DNA of 63,578 nucleotides, counting the filler, from Chiloscyllium plagiosum (taxonomy: Eukaryota), in NCBI RefSeq assembly GCF_004010195.1. It is 4 parts of 2 records of this genome, joined end to end, with 100 filler letters (N's around TTAATTAATTAA, not from the genome) between each part and the next. Parts side by side here need not be neighbours in the genome. Positions count along the whole stretch, not along the records: positions 16,820 to 48,187 come from NC_057716.1; 3 more parts are not named here. One strand, 5' to 3'. Positions 23,700-37,600 of this stretch are shown piece after piece. Position numbers and translations under genes: made by a program. Below the pieces are notes generated by a model that searched no databases, was not told the DNA's origin, and worked only from the letters and a program-made list of their open reading frames with translations. Numbering within the stretch: position 1 is the stretch's first letter; every line of letters begins with the position of its first letter.

Positions 23700-26370
23700 T
23701 CTACTGATATCATCTTAGAATTCAGTAAATAATCTGTATTTATTTGCTCCCTTCTTGAATAACGGTACCAACATTGGCTGTCCTCCAGTAGCTAGAGAGG
23801 ATTTGAGAATTATTACCAGTGCCCCAGCTACTTCCTCCATGGCCTCCCTCAGCAAGCTGGCATAAGATTCATCCGGCCCTGGAGTTATCAACTTTTTAAC
23901 CAGCCAGATCACTCCAAACCTCCTGTCTGATAGAATTTCTTTCATTGTATCACAGATCTTTTCCCTCATTTCTATATCCATATTGTCCCTCTTACTAGTG
24001 AACAATGATGAAGTATTCATTTAGAACCTTAAATCCTCTGGTTCCCAGCACAAATTACCACGACTGTCCTTAAGGGCCCAAATCTTTCCCTGGTTATACT
24101 TTCATCCTTAATGTACTTATAAAATAACTGAGGATTTTCCTTCATTTTACCTGCCATTATTCCTTTGTACCCAACGTTGGCTCTCCTAACTTGTTTTTTA
24201 TTCCGAGTACATTTAGTACTCCTCCAGACCTCTGTTGTTTTGAGTCCTCGTTTTCTCCCTTCTCTTAATTCAATCCTGTATATCCCTTGATATTCAGGGT
24301 TCACAGGATTTGATGGTTCCACCCATTTTCTTTTTTGGAACTTGTTGGCGTAGTAGCCTATTTTCCTTCTTGAGTTTGTCCCACTGCTCTGACACACATT
24401 TACCTGAAAGGAACTGCTCCCAGTTCAAACCTGAACTTATTTAAAATGACCTTCCTCCAGTTTAGAATTTTGTAATGGAAAAGGACAAAATGGGCCTGAA
24501 ATCAATCGTCAATATAATAGTTATCATCACTGTCTGCAAAATGCTCCACTGATAGAACATAGAACAGGCACAGTATAGGCCCTTCAGCCTTCAATGTTAT
24601 GTTGACCTTTTATCCTACTTGAAGATTAGACTAACCTCCATACCCTTCTTGAACTAGCTTCCATTGCCTATCCAAGAGTTGCTTAAATGTCCCTAACGTA
24701 TCTCACTCTACCACCAATGCTGGCAGTGCATTCCACACACACACACCACTCTGTAAAGAATTTTCCTCTGATAACTCCCTAAACCTTATACTTTAACTAC
24801 TTGTCTGGCTTTGTTACCTCAAGTTAAGTCCAGGACCCCCTCTTGAAGAGCGTTCTAAGAATTTTGCCTCCCTCTAAATCTTTCACATATCTACCTCAGT
24901 TAATGTTGGAGAAGTTGAAATCTCCTACTATCGCTTGAACCCCTACATTGCAGAAAGAGGCCGTTCAACCAGTGGAGTCTACACCGACCCTCCAAAGAGC
25001 ATCCCACCCAGGCACCACCTCCCCCCTTCCCTTTAGCATGGCCAATCCACCTACTTTGTACGTCTTTGGACTGTGGGAGGAAACTGGAGCACCCGGAGGA
25101 AACCCACGCAGACAGTGGGAGAATGTGCAAACCCCACACAGACCGTCACCCGAGGCTGGAATTGAACCGGGTCCCTAATACTGTGAGGCAGCAGTGCTAA
25201 CCACTGAGCTGTCCACTACCGTGTTACTTTTACACTTCTTTGAAATTTTCCCACATTTCTGCCCTTCTAGAGACACAATGGTGGACATAATGCTATGGAA
25301 CAAACCAGGCAAGTGGTAGAATTGATAGTGGGGGAGCATTTTGTGTGATTGTGACCATAATTCAGTACGATTTAAGGTAAAAGAAATGAAGGTTTGGAAT
25401 TGGGAGCAGGGCGACTTCAATATAATAAAATAAGATCTAGTCAAAATGGACTGGGAAAATTTTCTTGCAGAAAACTTTAGCATTGGGAACCACTCAAATG
25501 GATAAGAATGACAGTGTAGGGCCAACAGTTTTCTGTAAAGATGAAGAATGGGATCAACAAGTGTAGAAAGAATTCTAATGCCAAGGATTGGATTAGGAAA
25601 GAAAGGAAGCTTACAGTAGGCACTGAGGGTTTAAAAGTTAAAAGCCCTAGTGACCTATGGAAAATGCAGAGTTGCCTTAAAAAAAAGAATTTGGAATCAT
25701 CGAATTTCTGCTACAAAAGGGGGCCATTCAACCCATTGTTTCTGTACCAGCTCCTGAAACAGCTACCCCACTCTTCAGCCTTATCCCTGTAGCCCTCTCC
25801 CGTCATCACTTCCATATATCCAGCTCTCTTTTGAAACCACTGACAGAATCCACCTTCAACACTCTCCCAGGTAGTGCATTCCAAATCCCAACAAAGCAAA
25901 GGGGGGAGCATGATAAAATACTGGCAGGTAAGGGCATTTTTTAAGTACATTAGGGGAAACAGGATAAGCAGGGATATAGTAGGGTCTGAAGTGGCAAACT
26001 ATGTAGTAAACTAGAAGATGTAAGATTTTAAATGAGTATTTTACATCTTTATTCACTATAGAGAAAGACATGTAAATACAGAAATCAGGGAGGAGGACTG
26101 GGATATACTTGAAAAATTACAATTAAGAGGGTGCAGGTATTAGCAGTTTTCAAGGGTACAGTATTCAGTAAATTCCCAGGCCCAAATGACATGTGCCAGC
26201 CTGCTGTGGGAAGCAAGAGCAGCAACATTACTTTTCAAACCTTCAGTGGCCACAGAAGAGGTGCTAGAAGAGTGAAGGACAGACAATTCCAGAAAGATGG
26301 TAAGGATAAACCAGAGAACTATAATAATCTAATTCTGTTCCTGGGAGAGTCTGAATACCCTTACATCAGA
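23700..26370. mobile_element. Cluster of old CR1 fragments on both strands
   Basis: Degenerate PGPDE, VPLFKKG, KENPQLFYKYIK, CDHNS and several 3' tails. Confidence 0.7.
24935..25215 (-). mobile_element. HE1-type SINE
   Basis: tRNA head (B box GGTTCAATTCC), V-type body and CR1-like tail. Confidence 0.9.
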
Positions 26371-26519
26371 TAAATACAGAAAGTATGTGTTACTGCATCA
26401 CCAATAAAGGAGTTAGTGGGAATGAAAAAATAGCCCTTGAAAATTTAAAAAAAAAAGTAACCCTTTAGAAAATGATTTTGAATCCTCTGGTAAGATCTCT
26501 CGTGAAATACACTCCTTCT

Positions 26520-29500
26520 GAAAACCAGCTTTGTTGGTGAGAAATGTCTGCTGTGAAACACCTGTTGGTGACTTGGTGCATTTGCTGAGAGGTGTGAGGG
26601 AGGAGTGAAGGACTCCTGTGAAGTCATATATTTGTGTGGTTGCGTTACCCGAAACACTACTCTGGCAGTGTCTCCCACCCATCCTCCTCCTCGAACCATA
26701 AAAAAAGGTTCTGTGCGCCAGATTGGTAAGGTAACGAGTTTATTTTTTATTCCTTATTTTTCAACAGTTTCTTTGGGAATTTAGAATAGTGGGAATGAGG
26801 GCAGCTGAATATTCCTCCTGCAGAATGTGGGAGGTAAGGGTTATCACTAGTGTCCCTGCTGACTGTATCTATGGGAAGTGCACCCAACTCCAGCTCCTTG
26901 AAAATAGTGTTAGGGAACTGGAGCTAGAGCTGGATGAACTTCGGATCATTCGGCGGGGTGGAGGGGGTTATTGAGAGGAGTTACAGGGAGGTAGTCACAC
27001 CTCAGGTACAAGAAAAAGGCAGATGGGTTACAGTCAGGGGATGGAAAGGGAACTGGCAGGCAGTGCAGGGATCCCCTCAACAATAGTGTACTGTTTTGGA
27101 TACTTTGGGTGGGGGGGGGAAATCGACTTACCAGGAGAAAGCTGTGGGACACGGCTCCGGCACAGAGTCTGTCCCTGCTGCTCAGAAGGGAAGGGGGTTG
27201 AGGAGCAGAGCAGTAGGCATTGGGAACTCCATAGTTAGGGGAACAGATAGGAGGTTCTGTGGGAATGAGAGAGACTCACGGTTGGTGTGTTGCCTCCCAG
27301 GTGCTAGGGTTCGTAATGTCTCTGATCGTGTTTTTGGGATCCTTAAGGGGGAGAGGGAGTGGCCCCAAGTCGTGGTCCACATCAGGACCAAAGACATAGG
27401 TAGGAAGAGAGATGGGGATTTAAGGCAGATATTCAGGGAGCTAGGATAGAAGCTTAGAGCTAGGACGAACAGAGTTGTTGTCTCTGGTTTGTTGCCCGTG
27501 CCACGTGCTAGTGAGGCAAGGAATAGGGAGAGAGGAGTTCACATGTGCTACAGGGATGGTGCGGGAGGGAGGGATTCTTGGATAATTGGGGCTCTTTCTG
27601 AGGTAGGTGGGACATCTACAAGCACGATGGTCTTGATCTGAACCAGAGGGGTACCAATACGGGGGGGGGGGGATGAAATTCGCTAAAAGGCTAGTGGGGT
27701 GGGTTTAAACTAATCCAGCAGGGGGATGGGAACCAAAATTGTACTTTAAATATAGAAAAGGTTGAGAGTAGGGAGGTCCAAAATCAGGTTTCAGGGACAC
27801 AAGATGGCACCGGCAAGCAAGAAGTTGGTTTGAAGTGTGTCTACTTCAGCGCCAGGAGCATCCGGAATAAGGTGGGTGAACTTGCAGCATGGGTTGGTAC
27901 CTGGGACTTCGATGTTGTGGCCATTTCGGAGACATGGTTTGAGCAGGGACAGGAATGGTTGCTGCAGGTTCCAGGATTTAGGTGTTTCAGTAAGAACTGA
28001 GAAGATGGTAAAAGAGGAGGAGGTGTGGCATTGTTGGTCAAGGACTGTATTACAGTGGCAGAAAGGACATCTGGGGACTCGTCAACTGAGGTAGTATGGG
28101 CTGAGGTTAGAAACAGGAAAGGAGAGGTCACCCTGTTGGGGGTTTTCTATAGGCCTCTGAATAGTTCCAGAGATGTAGAGGAAAGGATAGCAAAGATGAT
28201 TCTCAATAGGAACGAAAGAGACAGGGTAGTTGTCATGGGGGACTTAAACTTTCCAAATATTGACTGGGAACACTATAGTANNNNNNNNNNNNNNNNNNNN
28301 NNNNNNNNNNNNNNNNNNNNNNNNNNNNNNNNNNNNNNNNNNNNNNNNNNNNNNNNNGGGGCGAAGCCACATTAGATTTGGTACTGGGTAATGAGTCTGG
28401 CCAGGTGTTAGACTTGCAAGTATGTGAGCACTTTGGTGATAGTGATCACAATTCTGGTATGTTTACTTTAGTGATAGAAAGGGATAGGTGTATACCACTG
28501 GGCAAGAGCTACAGCTGGGGGAAAGGCAATTACGATGTGATTAGGCAAGATTTAGGAAGCATAGGATGGGGAAGAAAACTGCAGGGGATGGGCACATTAG
28601 AAATGTGAAGCTTATTCGAGGAAAAGCTCCTGAGTGTCCTAGATAAGTATGTACCTGTCAGGCAGGGAGGAAACTGTAGAGCGCGGGAGCCGTGGTTTAC
28701 GAAGGAAGTGGAATCTCTGGTGAAGAGACAGAAGAAGGCTTATGTTAGGATGAGATGTTAAGGCTCAGTTAGGGCACTTGAGGGTTACAAGGTAGCCGGG
28801 AAAGACCTAAAGAGAGAGCTCAGTAGAGCCAGGAGGAGACATGACAAGTTGTTGGCGGATAGGATCAGGGAAAACCCGAAGGCTTTCTATAGGTATTTAA
28901 GGAATAAAAGAATGACGAGAGTAAGATTAGGGCCAATCAAGGATAGTAGTGGGACGTTGAGTGTGGAGAATAGGGGAAGCACTAAATGAATATTTTTCGA
29001 CAGTATTCACTCTGATTTGATTACTTAGTGTGGAAGCAGGCCTTTCGGCCCAACAAGTCCACATCAACTCTCCGAAGAGCGACCCATCCCCTACATTTAC
29101 CCCTTCACCTAACACTACGGGCAATTTAGCATGGCCAATTCTCCGAACCTGCACATTTTTGGAAACCCACACAGACACTGAGAACTCCACACAGACAGTA
29201 GCCTGAAGTGGGAATTGAACCCGGGTCTCTGACACTGTGAGGCAGCAGTGCTTGCTACTGTGCCGCCCAACAATGTTGTCGAGGAGAATACTGAGATACA
29301 GGCTACTAGACTAGGTGGGATTGAGGTTCACAAGGAAGAGGTATTAGAAATCCTGCAGAGTGTGAAAATAGATAGTCTCCTGGGCCGGATGGGATTTATC
29401 CTAGGATCCTCTGGGAAGCCAGGAGGAGATTGCTGAGCCTTTGGTATTGATCTTTAAATCATCATTATATACAAAAATAGTGTCAGAAGACTGGAGGATA

Positions 29501-30618
29501 GCAAATGTGGTTCCCTTGTTGAAGAAGGGGAGTAGACAACCCTGGTAATTATTGACCAGTAAGCCTTCCTTCAGTTGTTGGTAAAGTGTTGGAAAAGGTT
29601 ATAAGAGATAGGATCATCTAGAAAAGAAAAATTTGATTAGGGATAGTCAGCACGGTTTTGTGAAGGGTAGGTCGTGCCTCACAAACCTTATTGAGTTCTT
29701 TGAGAAGCCGACCAAACAGGTAGATGAGAGTAAACCGGTTGATGTGGTGTATATGGATTTCAGCAAGACGGTCGATAAGGTTCCCCACAGTAGGCTATTG
29801 TACAAAATGTGGAGGAATGGGATTATGGGAGATATAGCAGTTTGGATCAGTAATTGGCTTGCTGAAAGAAGACAGGGTGGTGGTTGATGGGAAATGTTCA
29901 TCCTGGAGTCCAGTTACTAGTGGTCAGTGTTGGGTCCACAGCTTTTTGTCATTTTTATAAATGACCCTGATAAGGGTGTAGAAGGGTGGGTTAGTAAATT
30001 TGCAGATGACACTAAGGTNNNNNNNNNNNNNNNNNNNNNNNNNNNNNNNNNNNNNNNNNNNNNNNNNNNNNNNNNNNNNNNNNNNNNNNNNNNNNNNNNN
30101 NNGAGTATTGTGTACAGTTCTGGTCACCGCATTATAAGAAGGATGTGGAAGCTTTGGAAAGGGTGCAGAGGAGATTTACTCAGATGTTGCCTGGTATGGA
30201 GGGAAGGTCTTATGAGGAAAGGCTGAGGGACTTGAGGCTGTTTTTGTTGGAGAGAAGGTGGTTGAGAGGTGACTTAATACAGACATAAGATAATCAGAGG
30301 GTTAGATAGGGTGGACAGGGGGAGCCTTTTTCCAAGTATGGTGACGGCAAGCACGAGGGGACATGGCTTTAAATTGAGGAGTGATAGATATAGGTCAGAT
30401 GTCAGAGGTAGTTTCTTTACTCAGAGTAGTAAGGGTATGGAATGCTTTGCCTGCAATGGTGGTAGATTTGCCAACTTTAAGTGCATTTAAGTTGTCAATG
30501 GACAAGCATGTGGATGTACATGGAATAGTGTAGGTGGGATGGGCTTCAGATTGGTATGACAGGTGGGTGCAACATCGAGGGCCGAACGGCCTGTACTGCG
30601 CTGTAATGTTTTCTGTTC
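26520..30618 (+). mobile_element. Near full-length decayed CR1 LINE
   Basis: ORF1 (SSCRMW...GKCTQLQLLE leucine zipper, GNSIVRG, VCCLPGA); ORF2 EN and RT (YMDFSK, KFADDTK); 3' tail. Gaps at 28281-28357 and 30019-30102. Confidence 0.9.
29015..29267 (-). mobile_element. HE1-type SINE inserted in CR1 ORF2
   Basis: B box GGTTCAATTCC; interrupts the FSTVFT region of the host. Confidence 0.88.
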
Positions 30619-31111
30619 CTCCTTGCTATGGCAGTGCTGCAGTGGTTTTGGAGTTGATTTTTAGGGATGGCAGCGAAGTGGGTCTGGTCTAGAAATCCCT
30701 GCTTTTGCACCCTCGGGCAGCTTTAGCAGCTGCTTTCCCTTGCCACTCCAGAAACCAATGAGCCGCGGATGGAACAAAAAATGAACTTTGCTGCAACTTA
30801 GCCTGAATTATTTGTTTTTACAATTTCTGTAATTAAAATGGTGCCTAATTCTGGTGATTTGTACACATCTCACTGTATTTTCACAAATAGAATGAATACT
30901 ATTTATTTTCATTTGTATGTTCTCCTACCCAATCTCTTGGTAAATGTCAGTGTTACTCTACCTATTTAAATAAAACATTGTGATTGCAAATTAAAAATAA
31001 ACGAAAGTAAATGGTGTGTTTGTTTAAGCATGATTCCTATGAGGAAGAGAAATCTGATAGACAACAGATTAAAATAAATGACAATGCCATTGAGCAGTGA
31101 ATGCATTTGGA

Positions 31112-31117
31112 TTTATT
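31112..31117 (-). promoter_or_regulatory. Candidate distal polyadenylation signal of the DGK gene
   Basis: AATAAA on the minus strand, a CA about 20 nt downstream (~31091) followed by a U/GU-rich tract, and AU-rich elements upstream (ATTTATTTA at about 31330). Confidence 0.5.
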
Positions 31118-33599
31118 TAATATTTCAGCATATTAGGAAGATCTGAACAGACTGCCTTTGCCTTTCCCTAAGCAGCTCATACTGTACAACAAAAATGAAC
31201 CACCAATTCCAGCAATATACAAAAATACACATCTGAGTAACTTTCTAAACAATAATTAGTCAACCATGCATTTAACAGAAAAGGCACAGAAAACAAAACC
31301 CTTTCTAGTAGTCAGAATTACCAGCTACATAAATAAATCACCCAAATATCTATAAGTAAATGTAACACTATATTCAAAGGGTGAACACACATAAAACATC
31401 TTTATTTTCCAAACCGTATGCAATAAATACTTAATATTTTGTTTATTTAAAAATAAAACTGTGCTGTTGTAAACGTTATGTAAACAAACACGTTTCACTT
31501 TTGCCTTACCTTTATCAGAATACATCAAGACAAATCTGTTGTCTATTGGTTGATTTTTAAATGACATTGGAAGGGTATCGGGCAGTTTAAAGCTATACTC
31601 ATTTCTGAAGCAAAACCTGTCCTCCAATTTGGTATCACAATATGGTGTTAATATGCAAGGAGGAAACCTTCAAGGCAAATCAAAGAATAGAAAGAAGCTT
31701 CGTGGGGCAATCAATCAGTCTCACCATTCATGTAAAAGCTATATCTTGGTCACCCTGGCTTCTGATGCATGCGGAAAACCATTGCTATCCTTAAGCTGCA
31801 ATGCAATCCACAAAGGAATTCACACAAGTAACCTTCTGATTGCTGAGATATGGAAGGTTCAGTTTCTCCCGGAAAGGGCATTGCCTACTTTGGCTTGGTG
31901 CTCCCTACCTGCGCCAGATAACCTAAGTAGGAGACTGTTGCATAAAGAAGATAAAGTGGGAATTCTATAAAGTTTGCATAAATTTTCCATCCGGTAGTAA
32001 CTTCATATGCTCGATAGAACAGGCAGGATCTTAAAAAGGACAGGCTTAACAATGTTAAGGTTTTAACTTTTGTCCAGGTGACTGTTTTAACACACAATTC
32101 ATGTGTGCATCCCAGCTTCACACATTTCGTCTTCTCTGCTGTGAGCTTTGACATTTAGGGACTGTTGAGAATGCCTCTTTTAAAAAGTCTACTGCGCCAC
32201 TTCTACAGCCACCACCCAATTTAGATAAGGAAAACATTGTTCAGGAATGTATCAAATAGCCTCCTCAGAAGATGAGGCTTGGAAGTGTAGGACTGCTGTT
32301 GCTACAGAAGTAAGCAATGATTTAGCAAGTAAACACCAAGATCGCTTATAAACTTGATTTAAGGACAACCATAAATAGAACTAGAAAATGGTCTTAGAAA
32401 ATAGCTAAATCACAATTTGTTACATTAACTACCACAAATACCAGCACAATTTTAATACAGTTACAAATATCAAAGGGGACTGCACAATGGATAATCCAAA
32501 CTGTATAAAATACATCCCAGGCAGAAGAATAATACTCGAGGTACAATGACAGATATGTGTGGTCATTACAGTGTCAAACTGTATTAGTGCAACATAGCCC
32601 ATTAAAGATCATAAGCAAAACTTTTGAAATTACATGCACATCTTGCTTGTAAACGCATTGTGAAAAGAAGCTGTGTCAATTATTTGCCACTAACTGTTGC
32701 ACTTAAATGCATCCCAAGAGATGGCTGGCCACTGGGAGAGGAAAGAAAATTAGTGTTCTCTAGAATTCTACAAACATGTTTGTCCCCAGTGCATTATAAA
32801 TTCCTCATGATAAAGCCTTGTCAATCATTATTCATACAGTGCAGCATTAAGAGTTGGGTTTTGTTTAGTGTTCCAAGTTCCCATATACTAACCAATCTTT
32901 GCAGCAGTGGATTGGGAAGACTAACTTCTAATTAGTGTAAAACGACTTAAAGGATCACGTAAGTGTTGCTGCCCATGTCTCTTTGAGAAAGCAGGAAGGT
33001 TGCTACTGTGTCCTTTACGAATCTGGTACAAAAAACGTTTCTATTATAAGGCTTCATTCTTCAAAGTGACTGCATAGAAGAGTTAAAAGCATACAATTGC
33101 AGGTCATTGGTGTAAGTGCAATATGAATTGAAGGTTTAAAGACAGCTTCACCACTTGCTTTTCCGGGTGAAGATTTTGTGCAGACATCTGCTGCTGCCAA
33201 TTTAAAGCTAAGTACAAAAATGATTTGTCCTGTTTGTTCTTGGGAGCCAGTTCTGAAGGGAACTGCCAAATTTCCGAATGCCCTCCAGTCCCATTTAGTA
33301 ACTTGAGACTTATGGGGAGTGAATATGATTCATGGGGCTCTATTTCATGATCTCAATGAGTAATACTGTGCAGGCCACACAGCACTGCTGCTTGGCCCAG
33401 CAGAACAGCATAAGACCATGCTTACAAACCAATTTCTCCTCCACTTGCCTTTTTCTTTATTCTCCACAGACTGCAGCACAAAGGCATAACTCTTTCAGTT
33501 CCGGACTGAGTGAGCCCTGTACCAGCTGAGGTTTTTACATCAAAGCCCCGTCGTCTTTCTCAAATATCTGTTAGAAATTCCATGTCGTCATTTTGAAAA

Positions 33600-33775
33600 G
33601 CATGGAGTTTGAACAGCGCAGTGTCCAGGTCATTAAAGGTAGTTGATATGGTCATTTCATTTTGTCTGTGTGCAAATTAGCTACTTATTTTCCAACATCA
33701 CAACAGTGATGATACTTTGAAAACACTTCATTTGCTGTAAGAAGCTACAGTGAGATTGTGAATGGAGTTGGATTA
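33600..33775 (+). mobile_element. Deu-domain SINE fragment (SacSINE1/AmnSINE1-like)
   Basis: TGTGTGCAAATTAGCT...ACATCACAACAGTGA...ACTTCATTTGCTGTAA resembles the Deu domain and the reverse complement of 44590-44700. Confidence 0.6.
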
Positions 33776-34518
33776 TTTTGATTCTTTCACTTGTACACAC
33801 AATGATAGAAACCTGTAGGCATTATTATGCAGACACTTCACAGTCTTGCACTAAGTTCCTTACTCTGCTGTTAAGTGGAGGCATTAAACTATTTACTTTC
33901 TTTCTAATAGCTATTAGAAAATCAGAGCGCAACTGGAAAAATTTGTTGAGTAGCTCGCAGTAACTTTCCCATGACTGACGACGTCATCCTCCACAACAGT
34001 ATTAAAAAATTGGAATACCTGCCACGTACATACAAATACAGGAAAACATACACACAAAAATATACACATGTATGAACATACAAAATGGGGGATGTAGACT
34101 ATTTGGCCCCTTGACCCTGCTCCATAATTCAATAGAATCTCCTGTTTCAAATTCCACACTCCCATCTACTCTCAATTCCCCTTCCTAACAAGAATCTATC
34201 TGACTTGGTTTTAAATATATGCAATAACCCACCTCCACCACTTTCAGAGGTGAAATTCCAAAGTCACACAACACTCATGGAAACAAATTCTCATCTCTGT
34301 CCTCAAAGGACCATTCCTAATTTAAAAGTGTCCCATGGCTTTGGACTCACCTACAGAGGAAACATACTTTTCACATCCACATTGTCCACTTCTACACATA
34401 CATAGACAAACATGTAGACAAGGAGAGACCAAAATACTCAGACTCACACAAATGGTCCAGGGATTCACAGCAGATTCTACCAGTCAATATCAACACTGCT
34501 GAGGAGATACAGAGCTGA

Positions 34519-34605
34519 CATTCCTGATGAAGGGCGTATGCTCGAAATGTCGATTTTCCTGCTCCTCCGATGCTGCCTGTGCTTTTCCAGCACCACACCT
34601 TTTGA
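34519..34605 (+). mobile_element. Penelope terminal fragment with hammerhead motif (core 34524-34551)
   Basis: CUGAUGA-A-GGGC(GUAU)GCUC-GAAA-UG-UC followed by the shared GATGCTGCCTG...TTTTCCAGCACCAC tail. Confidence 0.8.
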
Positions 34606-37600
34606 CCCAGCTATTCAGAGTCTTACATCAGTGAGAAAGCTCATTCAGCCCATTGCAACTGTGACAGCTTTTTGAATGAGGGATGTAATTCCTTATTTTT
34701 TCCTGCTGCCCTACAAATGTAGCCTTTTCAAATACACCACTTCTAGCAGTGCATTCCATTTCAGAACAACTTCCAGTTAAAAAAGATTCTCTTAATTTCT
34801 CCCATACATTTAAAAAAATATATTAAATCTGTATTTTCTTGCTGATCCTCCTGACACTGCAAATTGTTTCTTCCAGTCTACAACATGAAAAACCATGTCA
34901 TTTTTAACACCTCCGATCGCTGCTCTGAGAAATTTAATCCTAGTTTCTTTCGTTTCTCAATGAAACAGAAATCCCTCATTTTAGTAACTAATCTGAGTAA
35001 ATTTCTTCCACATTCTTTTCAAGGCTTTTTCAGCCTTTCCGACATGTACTGGCCAGGCTGGGCCTTTATAAATTGCTAAAGGTTCTATTTTGCACTCTGT
35101 GCCTCCAGTCATGAAGCCAAAGATCAATTTGCATTTTTTGCAGGGACCCAAATCCCTCGACTCCAATACTCCCTCTAAAATGGTATAATTACATTTATAA
35201 TGCTCTTCCCATGATACACTTCTTTATATAACATTGCACGTGTCAATTTCATTATTCATCCCCAACCGCCTTCAGTCTCCTGCTATCACTCTCACCACTT
35301 ACTGTGGGTGGAATCGTGAGGAAGTGATGAGGCTCTCAGCCAACAGCTAAGGAGCTGCTGAGAGTACCTGGGCATCTATTTTCAGGAACGTCTGCCTCAG
35401 TCAATCACCAAGTGTCTCCGGACAAGACATCCAAACCCATTTTGCCCTTTCCCTGGTACTTGCAAACAACCCCTCATGGGACAGCATGAAGATGTCTCAC
35501 CAATAGTTGGGCTAATCCCAGCAGTGAGGTCGTACTCATAACTAGGGGGTTTTAGGAGGACCAACTATGGGCATTTGCAGCACAGACTTAACCAGAGCTG
35601 CCAACCAGGCATTCACCCACCTGACTAAACAGATCCTCCCCCAACAAAGTCACCACAACACTGGGATAACACTTTGGCCAGTGTTTCCAAATTGCAAGTC
35701 ATGTGTAAACTGTGAAATATGCCTTTTATAGTCTGGATCAGTCATAAAGAGCACTGCTCCCAATAGCGACGCCTGGTTGGACACCAATCTATACTTCACT
35801 CCAAGTTTAAAAAAAAAGGCCCGTTCTTGCTCTGTCATATTCCTTAAATCTTCTGGGCTTCAATATGACTCAAAAATCTATGATGTGTCACTTCATCAAA
35901 CTGGAAGTCAATGCACAACCCTTGTTAACTTCTGCTTGTTCATTGTCAGATACTAATTCTCTAATTAATCCATTTTAATTGTTGTTTACTAATTGTTGTT
36001 TTTGAACCCACCACTTACATTAGGCCCGTGCTCAGCAAATTGATCGTCTTCTCTTGTTTGAACATTTAAAATCCTGCAGTATACTGGCACTCATTCTAAA
36101 ATCAAGAATGATCAGTATATCATGGCAAAAGCTTCTATTCTTTCCAGCATGCCTTTCCTACATAAACTGGGATACATCAAATCTGGATATGGTGAGCTTG
36201 CTATTCCTGATCATGGATAGCTGTTTAATACCTAGTTATAATCTGCTCTGAGCAAGAATCAGTGACCTCATTCCAATTAAACTTTCACGTTGCTTCAATT
36301 ACTTTATCTGTTTAATGTTTAATAGAGCTCCCTTAAACCGAAGGCACACCTGGAGATGTGTGGTTACTGCCTGTTAAAAGTCTCAGTGGCTGATATAGGT
36401 CAGATATTAGGTTCCACTGCTTGCTCAACATGATGGTCTTAGCATTTTCAGATTGTCTTTGATGAGAAAACCTCATTGCTTGGAAGCTTTCCTTATATTT
36501 TGCCTCAGAATCCTTAAGCTGTCAAGTCTGTGTCACTGTAAACATCCCGTATACTTGTTCAAATACTGTACAAGTCAGAAATACTGACTACCTGCAAATA
36601 CTGAGGGGATGGAAGTGAAGGATGCTTTTGAATTTACCATGAGGGACAATTTTTTTAACCATATCCATCTATCTGTTACTGATATCTCATATCAGTGTGT
36701 CAGGACCCCCTTCATTCCAGATTGCTAATAGCTAAGCAGCTGGAGAACATTCAATGTTGGTATCAAAGTTAAACTTGGTGCCTACACAAATGGGTCAGCA
36801 TTGGTTTGATGCCCTTTACAACTGTAGTGAAGTATCCAAATATAATCTAGTCTTCACCACTCCCCTTTCCATCTCTCACTCCCCACTCAATAAAGTTTCA
36901 AGAAATTTCTTTTCATGAGGGTCTTGAAATAAATGCAAATTGTTGCTGTTGGTTTCAGTAATTCACATCTGTGTGGAATTAGATAAAGATTTGGACACAC
37001 AGAAAGGTTAGGGACTTTATCTTATTTCAGAGGTGACTTGTTACAGACAAGTACAGTCCTCATTCAACAGATAGAATCCAACTGACTGATTTGTCCCTGC
37101 AACTCAAGCAAGCGGAAAGCTTAGAGTGGTTAGGGGCCTCCAGCACCCACCAGATGAGCGTGCAGCACCATGGCTCTCTCTGTTGGTCACGTTTTTGGTT
37201 GGTGGGTATATGGGAAGGAGAAGGGGGGGGGGGGTGACTGACTAAAATAGTCCATCTCCATCCCCCCTGACATTGCGTTCACTCCTATAACACAGGGGGC
37301 TAAAACCAGCAGCCTACCTAGCGTATGTAAATAAATAAATTATCAATTAGGTTTGTTAGATGCCGATAGGCAGCTGGGCAGGTAATTTTCCAAAATGACA
37401 CAAAATAAAAGACAGGAGGGAAGGGAGGTATTCATTTAGGGGGTGACATTGGGGCACCATTGGGGCATTCATTGGGACACCACCTGCTCCCAAGTTGCTA
37501 CTCCCCTTTTTACCACACTGCCTGTTTTAAACCCCATGTCCTGCCTTTCTGGGTAATCTCCCTGCAGTGGCCACTCCTCAGGAATTAGAGCTGCCAGCCA